This document shows, piece by piece, positions 57,313 through 64,000 of a stretch of 64,000 bases of DNA. The notes beneath the pieces were generated by a model. That model did no database searches. It was given only the letters and a program-made list of their open reading frames with translations, and had not been told where the DNA came from. This stretch comes from an uncultured virus (IMG/VR IMGVR_UViG_3300031720_000001) (lineage: Duplodnaviria > Heunggongvirae > Uroviricota > Caudoviricetes). The first letter of the stretch is position 1; each line of letters opens with the position of its first letter. The position numbers and the translations under genes were made by a program. The DNA lies in IMG/VR virus record IMGVR_UViG_3300031720_000001. One strand, written 5' to 3'.

Positions 57313-57590
57313 TGGGCTACCTGGCCCCCGGAGACTTCGCGGCGTGGCGGCGCCGCCACGGCCTTGGTGACGGGCCGATCACGAGCCCGTCGCAGGTGGA
57401 CGCGCCCGCAGACACGGGATGGTTGCAGACGCTGGTCAGCGACCTGTTCGCACCGAGCTCAGGCGCGGCAACGCCCGGGCCCGAATCGGGGGCCGCCGGG
57501 AGCTCGGGCGTGCCCGCTTGGCTCCTCGTGGCAGCGGCGGGCGGCCTGGGGTACTACCTGCTCACCCGCCAGAGGAAGAAGAGGGCGTAA
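57312..57590 (+). CDS. Small membrane protein with MxY leader
   Basis: MGY..RRRHGLGD; TM followed by RQRKKR. Confidence 0.7.
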   Translation: MGYLAPGDFAAWRRRHGLGDGPITSPSQVDAPADTGWLQTLVSDLFAPSSGAATPGPESGAAGSSGVPAWLLVAAAGGLGYYLLTRQRKKRA

Positions 57591-57976
57591 TGCCGTACTT
57601 TCGCAAGCTGCCTCCCGCGCCCCGCCCCCGCTCGCTGTTCGGGTTCGGGGACTTCAACGACGAGTCGCCGTGCGCGTCGATCCCGGTCGGCGATGCGTAT
57701 CGCAAGCCGGGCAACTACTGCGCCACCGCCGATGGCGGCTACACGACCTTCAACGCGGACGGGTCGGTCTACGCGGTCCCGGTCGCCAAGCCACCGGACA
57801 CCTCGATCATCGGCAAGATCGGCGGCGCCATCCTGGGCGCGCTCACCCCCCAACCACCGGTCTACCCCCCGGGCATGATGCCCGGCGTGCCGGTCGGGAT
57901 GTCCACCACCACCAAGATCGCCCTGGCCGGCGGCGCGCTCCTGGTGGTCGCACTGATCGCGCGTCGCCGCGGATAA
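57590..57976 (+). CDS. Small membrane protein with MxY leader
   Basis: MPYFRK..RPRSLFGFGD; TM followed by RRR. Confidence 0.7.
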   Translation: MPYFRKLPPAPRPRSLFGFGDFNDESPCASIPVGDAYRKPGNYCATADGGYTTFNADGSVYAVPVAKPPDTSIIGKIGGAILGALTPQPPVYPPGMMPGVPVGMSTTTKIALAGGALLVVALIARRRG

Positions 57977-57985
57977 AGGACCTCC

Positions 57986-58267
57986 ATGGCCTACACCAAG
58001 AACACCCTCATCAGCCGCGCGGGCTACAACGGCCGTCGCAACGGCATGGGCGACGTCTGGGACTCGATCACGGGCGCTGCAGGGTCCGTATTGAAGTTCT
58101 ACGGGACGTCGCAGCAGGCCCAGGGCGCCGCGCTGGCCACCGCGCAGCAGAACAAGGACCTTACCACGGCGCTCCTGTCGCGCCAGGGCATGGGGATGGA
58201 GACCATCCTGCTCCTGGGCGGCGTGGGGCTGGCGGCGTTCCTCCTGCTCCGCAAAAAGAGCGCGTAG
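57986..58267 (+). CDS. Small membrane protein with MxY leader
   Basis: MAY..RRNGMGD; TM followed by RKK. Confidence 0.75.
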   Translation: MAYTKNTLISRAGYNGRRNGMGDVWDSITGAAGSVLKFYGTSQQAQGAALATAQQNKDLTTALLSRQGMGMETILLLGGVGLAAFLLLRKKSA

Positions 58268-58774
58268 ATGGCGCAGGCGCTCAGCATCGACCTGACCGAC
58301 CCAGCCGTCCAGCGCATGTTGGGGGGTGGGGAAGTTGCCAGTGGCAAGCGAGGCATCGTCCAACTCGCGGGCGACCGGGGGATGTCGTCCACGACCTACC
58401 TCGAGCAGGGCAAGCACGAGGTGGTGGTGGTCTACAAGGACACATTCCTGACGGTGGATGTGTACTTGGTGGCGGGCGCCGTGCCGGAGGTGTGGGTCAT
58501 CTGCCCCGGGTGCCACAAGGCCTGTCGCATCCCCAGCGGCACCAAGGCGGTGGACTTCGATCCGGGCGCCCCCAACCCCGTGCGGGCGCAGATCGTCAGA
58601 TCGGGGGTGCGCGAACTCATCGCGATGGCCGCGCGCGGCCGGCTCTCGGTCGAGCCGTTCCAGTGCACGTGGGAGACCGGTGGCGAGGCCCACGTCGCGG
58701 GTGGGGTGCACACCGGCGCGTCGCTGTGCCGGCAGAAGCTCGTGATCGACGATAACCGCGCCAAGGACGCGTGA
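58268..58774 (+). CDS. Zn-binding hypothetical protein
   Basis: ICPGC..FQCTW..LC. Confidence 0.6.
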   Translation: MAQALSIDLTDPAVQRMLGGGEVASGKRGIVQLAGDRGMSSTTYLEQGKHEVVVVYKDTFLTVDVYLVAGAVPEVWVICPGCHKACRIPSGTKAVDFDPGAPNPVRAQIVRSGVRELIAMAARGRLSVEPFQCTWETGGEAHVAGGVHTGASLCRQKLVIDDNRAKDA

Positions 58775-58777
58775 CGT

Positions 58778-60454
58778 GTGGCGGTCATGCCCCGGGAACT
58801 CCGGTTCGAGCAGCGGATCATCCTGGAGGGGATGGCGCGGGCTCTCTGGGTGCATGCGTTCATGATCTGGTCGATCGAGGTCGAGCCGCCGCCCTACCCC
58901 GTCCAGGGCGGCGATGATGTCCGGTGGGATGACATCGCTCCCGACAACGCGTCGACGCGCGCCGCTTCGGGCCAAGCGGCGGAGGCGCTGGCGCAGTTGA
59001 TTGGCCAGGCGAACCGCCTGGGCGACTATCCGCTGGCGAAGCTGTTTGCCAAGGTGTCCGCGAAGTGGGACGCCGATCGCGCGTACGCCTTCGGTCAGGA
59101 GGTCGCGCACCTCTGCATGGGGACGCGCGATGCGGACGACAGCGTGTTCTTCCTACCGCGAGGCCGGCCCGGTGCCGGTGAACGGCGATGGGACCCGGTG
59201 CTCCCAAACTTCAAGGTCGATCTCGACGATGACGGGCGGGATCTGACCTGGGACGGTGGGCTCAGCTACCCGACGCGGAACTGCGGATGCCACGCCAACC
59301 CTGCCGCCCCGGGCGAGGTCAAGCAGATCCTGGTGATCGAGGACGACCCGCAACTCCAGCGCGCGTATCCCCGGATGATGCGCAAGATGTACCCCGGTGC
59401 AGAGGTCACGATCGTCGACAACTACGACGACGCGATCGGCTACCTGGACACCCGCCCGGCCGACCTCATCATCAGCGATGTCGATCTGGTGGGCGACCGA
59501 ACGGGCATCGACGTGTTCGGGTGGGTGCGGGAGAACCACCCCGAACTCGTGGACCGCTACGTGTTCGTGACCGGCGGCAACCCCCAGGTCGAGCAATTGC
59601 ACTACCGCTATGCGGAGAAGCCCGCGACGGTCGCGGAGATCCAGGCGGCGATCGACAAGCCGACGCCACGCCAGAACCCACCCTCGAAGACGGTGACCGC
59701 CGCGGCGGCGCGCAAGCTGGTGAAGGTCCCGATCTCGGACGAGGCTGCGGAGCGGGTCGCCGAGTGCATCAACGAGGTCGTGCGATCGGCGCAGAGCGCA
59801 CCACCGCGGGCGCCGCCGGGCGACTTCCGGGAGCGATTCGACGCGGCGTTCGACCGACTGGATCGCGGCCATAACTACGTGCTGGTCTACGACCTACGCC
59901 AGGCGCTGCCGGATCTGTCGCGGGCGGAGTTCGATGCCGCGCTCAACCACTTGCGTCGCCAGAAGCTCTATTCGATGGACAGCGCCGACGGCCGCCACGT
60001 GAGGCTGTCGGCTCCGCAGCGCGAGGCGGGCATCCAGGAGGCCGGATCGAACCTGGTCTATGTCCAGCGCCGCGAGCCGCCGATGAAGGCTGTGCCGATC
60101 ACCCGACCGATGGACCTCCCGACGTTCGCAGCAGCGGTCCTGGAGGTGCTGCCCACGATCGAGCAGGACCCAGATGCCGACGATCGAGCGCGCGGGCGGT
60201 TCGGGTCCGAGAAGGTGTTCATCGGCGCGATCTGGCGTCGCCTCGAGCACGATCCGCGGTTTGCCGGGATGACCAAGGCGCAGTTCCAGCGCCACCTCGT
60301 CGACGCCCAGCGCGAGGGGATCCTGAATCTGGCGCGCGCGGACCTGGTGGCCGCGATGAACCACGCCGAGGTCATGTCATCCGAGATCCGCGATCACGGA
60401 TCGGAGTTCCACTTCGTGATCGATCCCGTCGCGCGCCAGCGCCGAGGTTGGTGA
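58778..60454 (+). CDS. Multidomain protein with a central response-regulator receiver domain
   Basis: ILVIEDD..DLIISDVDL..TG.D..FVTG..EKP; domain bounded by ANP and RQNP. Confidence 0.7.
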   Translation: MAVMPRELRFEQRIILEGMARALWVHAFMIWSIEVEPPPYPVQGGDDVRWDDIAPDNASTRAASGQAAEALAQLIGQANRLGDYPLAKLFAKVSAKWDADRAYAFGQEVAHLCMGTRDADDSVFFLPRGRPGAGERRWDPVLPNFKVDLDDDGRDLTWDGGLSYPTRNCGCHANPAAPGEVKQILVIEDDPQLQRAYPRMMRKMYPGAEVTIVDNYDDAIGYLDTRPADLIISDVDLVGDRTGIDVFGWVRENHPELVDRYVFVTGGNPQVEQLHYRYAEKPATVAEIQAAIDKPTPRQNPPSKTVTAAAARKLVKVPISDEAAERVAECINEVVRSAQSAPPRAPPGDFRERFDAAFDRLDRGHNYVLVYDLRQALPDLSRAEFDAALNHLRRQKLYSMDSADGRHVRLSAPQREAGIQEAGSNLVYVQRREPPMKAVPITRPMDLPTFAAAVLEVLPTIEQDPDADDRARGRFGSEKVFIGAIWRRLEHDPRFAGMTKAQFQRHLVDAQREGILNLARADLVAAMNHAEVMSSEIRDHGSEFHFVIDPVARQRRGW

Positions 60455-60458
60455 GGGG

Positions 60459-61070
60459 ATGGCGTACGCGCGACGCCATGGCGGTCGGATCGCAATGGGG
60501 GCGACGGTCTCGACCGCAGCACCCGAGGCCGGACGGCCGCAGCCGCCGATCTACCCGCTCCAGATCGGCGCGCACGGCGGCTGGCGCGAGGTCCGCGCGT
60601 CACCCGCGGATGGAGCGTGCGGCGTGCACGGCTACCCGTGCGAGCACCCGGGCGTCGACGTCGCGGGGGCGGCCGGGACCTGGGTGGTCGCGCCCGAGTC
60701 CGGCACCATCGTGATGGTGGGCGACGGCAACGCGCCGCCGTTCGTGGGCTACGGGCCGTGGTTCGCGATCATCTTGGGCCAGAGCGGAAAATACCACTTC
60801 CTGGGGCACCTCGAGCCGGGGACGGCCGGGATTGGCCCCATGGGAACGGAGGTGGTGGCCGGGCAGCCGATCGGGACCACCAGCTCGGCCAACCATACCC
60901 ACTGGGAGGTTCGATCCAAGATGGTCCCGGACTTCGCGGCCGGGGAGGATAACTTCTCCAACAACACCGATCCGATCGGCTGGCTCGCGATGGCGGCGCT
61001 CGGCCTTGGGACCATCCTGGTCGTCGGCGGCGCGGTCCTTCTGTTTGTCCTCTTGCGGAGGCGGTCATGA
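60459..61070 (+). CDS. M23 family peptidase with C-terminal membrane anchor
   Basis: HPGVD, GHL, HTHWE; TM followed by RRRS; MAYARR leader. Confidence 0.8.
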   Translation: MAYARRHGGRIAMGATVSTAAPEAGRPQPPIYPLQIGAHGGWREVRASPADGACGVHGYPCEHPGVDVAGAAGTWVVAPESGTIVMVGDGNAPPFVGYGPWFAIILGQSGKYHFLGHLEPGTAGIGPMGTEVVAGQPIGTTSSANHTHWEVRSKMVPDFAAGEDNFSNNTDPIGWLAMAALGLGTILVVGGAVLLFVLLRRRS

Positions 61071-63223
61071 GCAACATCTACACGAGCCTGCCCGTCCCGG
61101 CCGGTAACGGCGTCGGCGCCGCGGTCGACGTCAGTCCGCTGGGCGCGCTCAAGACCATCGTGGTGGTCGGCACGGCGCAGTGCACGGTCAACGTCGAGTA
61201 CAACAACGATCCCGCCCAGCTCGGCTCCTGGCAGTCGGCCGCGACGATCCAGAACAGCGGCGCCCAGACGGTCCAGGTCGCGTGCCGGTGGATGCGGACG
61301 CGAATCTCGAACTTCAATGTCAACGTCGGCGGCACCAGCGGGGTCAACGTCGGTGGCATCAACTCCGGCTCGCTGTTCACGGCGTTGCCGGTCCCCGCCG
61401 GCAACGGCGCGGGCGCTGCGGTCGACGTCAGCGCGTTCGGGGGCACGTTCAAGACCGTCCAGGTCGGCGGGCCGTTCCGGGGCACGTTGATCGTCGAGGT
61501 CTCGGAGGATGGGACGGTCGAGTGGGCGCAGCCGTTCTCGTTCGGCGCGCCGGGCGCCGACTCGCAGGTGCTGATCGCCCGGTTCATGCGGGTCCGCCGG
61601 GTCGGCGTGCCGGTCATCAGCCCCGGGCTGCCGGTGGTCAACGTGGGGTTCGCGCTGGTCGCCGACGTCTCGAGCGGCGGCGCGATCGTGGCCGATGGCA
61701 ACTACGGCGACGTCACGGTGTCGCTGGCGGGCACCCAGTGGACCGTGAACCCCTTGCCCGAGAGCCGGATCGTCGGGCTCGTGGCCGACCTGGCCGCGCG
61801 CGTCCCGATCACCCGGCAGATCACCACCACTGCGCCGCTCACGATCGACGGCGGGGCCAGCGCCGACCTGTCCGCGAACCGGACGCTTGCGATCAACACC
61901 TCGGGGTTAGTGCCGTCCACGCGCACACTGCAGGGCACCGCGCCGATCTCGATCAACGGCAGCAACGCCCCGCAGGACCTGTCGGCCAACCGGATCTTCG
62001 CGGTCTCGCCGTTCGACACCCTCCTGCAAGGCGTGGTCAACGCCAGCGGCGGCGCGGGCAACGTACTCCGCGGCGACAACACGTGGCAGACCCTCGCCCA
62101 GTTCACCGCTGCGTTGAACCTGTTCACCACCACCCTGCAGGGCGTCGTACCGGCGAGCGGGGCCGCCCCCAACTTCCTGCGCGGCGATGCCACATGGTCG
62201 ACCATCGCCCAGGTCACTGCCGCCCTGAACGTCTTCACGACGGTCCTGCAGGGCCTCGTACCAGCGAGCGGAGCTGCCGCGAACTTCCTGCGCGGCGACG
62301 CGACGTGGTCCACGATCGCCCAGGTCACCGCCGCGTTGGACCTGTTCACCACCACCCTCCGGGGACTGACCAGCCCCAGCGGCGCGGCCGCAAATTTCCT
62401 GCGCGGCGACAATACGTGGTCCACGGTCGTCCAGGTCACCGCCGCCCTGAACCTGTTCACGACCACGCTCCAGGGCCTGGTACCCGCCAGCGGCGCGGCC
62501 GGCAACGTGCTGCGCGGGAACGCGACGTGGTCGACGATCACCCAACTCACCGCCGCCCTGGATCCGTTCACGACGGCCCTGCAGGGGGTCACGACTGCCA
62601 GCACGGCTGCCGCAAACTTCCTGCGCGGCGACAACACGTGGTCCACCGTCGTCCAGGTCACCGCCGCGTTGAACCTGTTCACGACCACGCTCCAGGGCCT
62701 GGTACCCGCCAGCGGCGCGGCCGGCAACGTGCTGCGCGGGAACGCGACGTGGTCGACGATCACCCAACTCACCGCCGCCCTGGACGTGTTCACCTCCGTG
62801 CTGCAGGGGGTCGTACCCGCCAGCGGCGGCGGGACCGCGAACTTCCTCCGCGCCGATGGCACGTGGGCCGCGCCCACCTCCGGCGCCGCGGCCATGTTCG
62901 ACACCGTGCTCAACCCCGCCACCATCACGTTCGGGGCGGCGTTCGACAACTGGAACCCGGGCGCCTTGGGGCAGAACACGCTCATCCGGTGCACGACCGA
63001 TGGATCGACCCGATCGGTGCGCGGCATGGTCGGCGGCGTCGACGGCAAGGTGGTGTGCCTCGCCAACGTGAACTCCAGCACCGCGGTGGGTGAGTCCTGG
63101 GTGGCGGAGGACGCTGCCGCGACGGCCGCCAACCGGTTCCGGTCGGGGTTCACCAGCGGCGGCTGCCTGTATCGCTACGACGGCACCCTGAGCCGCTGGG
63201 TGCTCATCACGGGCACGCCGTAA
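61067..63223 (+). CDS. Spike/fibre-like receptor-binding protein
   Basis: Duplicated N-terminal beta domain (LPVPAGNG.GAAVDVS x2); 37-aa repeats with LRG..TW. Confidence 0.7.
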   Translation: MSNIYTSLPVPAGNGVGAAVDVSPLGALKTIVVVGTAQCTVNVEYNNDPAQLGSWQSAATIQNSGAQTVQVACRWMRTRISNFNVNVGGTSGVNVGGINSGSLFTALPVPAGNGAGAAVDVSAFGGTFKTVQVGGPFRGTLIVEVSEDGTVEWAQPFSFGAPGADSQVLIARFMRVRRVGVPVISPGLPVVNVGFALVADVSSGGAIVADGNYGDVTVSLAGTQWTVNPLPESRIVGLVADLAARVPITRQITTTAPLTIDGGASADLSANRTLAINTSGLVPSTRTLQGTAPISINGSNAPQDLSANRIFAVSPFDTLLQGVVNASGGAGNVLRGDNTWQTLAQFTAALNLFTTTLQGVVPASGAAPNFLRGDATWSTIAQVTAALNVFTTVLQGLVPASGAAANFLRGDATWSTIAQVTAALDLFTTTLRGLTSPSGAAANFLRGDNTWSTVVQVTAALNLFTTTLQGLVPASGAAGNVLRGNATWSTITQLTAALDPFTTALQGVTTASTAAANFLRGDNTWSTVVQVTAALNLFTTTLQGLVPASGAAGNVLRGNATWSTITQLTAALDVFTSVLQGVVPASGGGTANFLRADGTWAAPTSGAAAMFDTVLNPATITFGAAFDNWNPGALGQNTLIRCTTDGSTRSVRGMVGGVDGKVVCLANVNSSTAVGESWVAEDAAATAANRFRSGFTSGGCLYRYDGTLSRWVLITGTP
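62009..62875 (+). repeat. 111-bp (37-aa) coding tandem repeat, 7 full copies plus 1 partial
   Basis: Repeat units counted in the translation. Confidence 0.9.
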
Positions 63224-63281
63224 ACCGCCGCAGCCCATAGGGGTGGAAATTCAGCGTGAGGCGGATTACCGTATCACGCCG

Positions 63282-63431
63282 ATGCAGATCATCCACCACG
63301 CGCCCGCTGCGCGCGGCGTCAACCAGCTCATGTACGTGGGCGACGTCGCCGAACCGCCAGCGATCCCGGTCGCGGTCAAGATCGCCGTGGTGCTCGCGGT
63401 CGGCTGGCTGGTGCTACGTCGACGGCGATGA
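63282..63431 (+). CDS. Very small membrane protein
   Basis: YVGD motif; TM followed by RRRR. Confidence 0.5.
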   Translation: MQIIHHAPAARGVNQLMYVGDVAEPPAIPVAVKIAVVLAVGWLVLRRRR

Positions 63432-63640
63432 CCGACGCGGTCCATAAGACCATGTACGGTCGTCCGTGCGAGAAGTGCGGTGGCGTGCTGCTCGCCCAGT
63501 CCGAACTGCACCTGGAGGCCGGGCGCTACGCCGAACCCGTCCTCAAGACCTGGCTCCAGTGCGAGAACTGCGGCGATGTCACGCCCAACGAGGCGGCGCT
63601 GGCTCCGGCTGCCGGCCGACCAACCGGAGCTCCGAATTGA
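63428..63640 (+). CDS. Small Zn-ribbon protein
   Basis: CEKCG..CENCG; ATGA coupling. Confidence 0.5.
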   Translation: MTDAVHKTMYGRPCEKCGGVLLAQSELHLEAGRYAEPVLKTWLQCENCGDVTPNEAALAPAAGRPTGAPN

Positions 63641-64000
63641 CGCGCCCGTTCATCCGCTACTTCGCGCTCACCGACGACTCCCCCGTCGGGCGCGTGTCGT
63701 TCGAGTACATGCGAGGGCTCCTGCGCATCGGCTCGGTCCGCGTCGCAACGATGGGCGCTGGGCTCTCGGGGCGGTGGGAACCCTTCGCGCGCCTCCTCAT
63801 CACCCCGCTCCCGGCGACCGGGTATGTCAACGTGGTGTGCTGCCTACCCGGGCAGTGGTCGTGGACCCAGCGGGTCCCCATGCCCAACGTGGACGCCCAG
63901 CACCAGGTCACGTCCACCGACTGGGCGACCCACCGCGTCGAGCTCTACACCGCCGGCGTGCGGAACGTGCTCCTGGTCGGGAGCCCGCCTCCGCAAGCCC
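63637..64000 (+). CDS. Partial hypothetical protein running off the window
   Basis: TTGA overlap with the upstream stop; open frame with GC3 bias. Confidence 0.4.
   Translation, partial: MTRPFIRYFALTDDSPVGRVSFEYMRGLLRIGSVRVATMGAGLSGRWEPFARLLITPLPATGYVNVVCCLPGQWSWTQRVPMPNVDAQHQVTSTDWATHRVELYTAGVRNVLLVGSPPPQA

Larger units (their letters stand above)
1..64000. mobile_element. Large temperate virus/prophage or phage-plasmid segment, probably a tailless membrane-containing type; ends not visible
   Basis: Phage-type genes throughout (DUF5131, GP88-like, MTases, initiator, integrase, endolysin, virion-like operon); no host housekeeping operon; no terminase, portal or tail genes recognised. Confidence 0.8.

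Noticed and set aside
62009..62875. Possible CRISPR array
   Set aside because: The repeats are contiguous, in-frame coding units with no unique spacers, and there are no cas genes

Overview
The whole 64 kb (visibly very GC-rich, roughly 70%) reads as part of a large temperate virus or phage-plasmid, with no host housekeeping operon. The lipoproteins and a RiPP-like leader hint at a myxobacterial host (inference). Bases 1-41.7 kb are mostly minus-strand early, replication and accessory genes: a GP88-like protein, a DUF5131 protein, an MmcB-like nuclease, a Dam-like and a dual-frame C5 methyltransferase, an initiator containing paired DnaA boxes, a kinase, a phosphatase, a tyrosine recombinase beside an atypical CAU tRNA, a GH25 endolysin, a ParB/KorB-like protein and a beta clamp. 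Bases 42-64 kb form a tightly coupled plus-strand morphogenesis region. I found no terminase, portal, HK97 capsid or tail genes in it. It instead encodes a transglutaminase-like Cys-His-Asp protein, about 15 small membrane proteins, a protamine-like Arg-rich protein, two adjacent beta-rich ~200 aa capsid candidates, anchored wall hydrolases and a repeat fibre, as expected for a tailless membrane-containing (jelly-roll type) virus. The most notable signals are: (1) a shared M-x-Y...basic...[LMF]G[D] leader and an RRNP motif on many virion-like proteins, a possible adenovirus-like proteolytic maturation code; (2) 13 copies of the palindrome TTGCCA(C/G)TGGCAA, laid out like KorB operators; (3) dispersed paralogs of capsid and core genes; (4) an initiator-like tRNA with a long variable arm. 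All functional calls come from motif recognition by eye; no searches were run.
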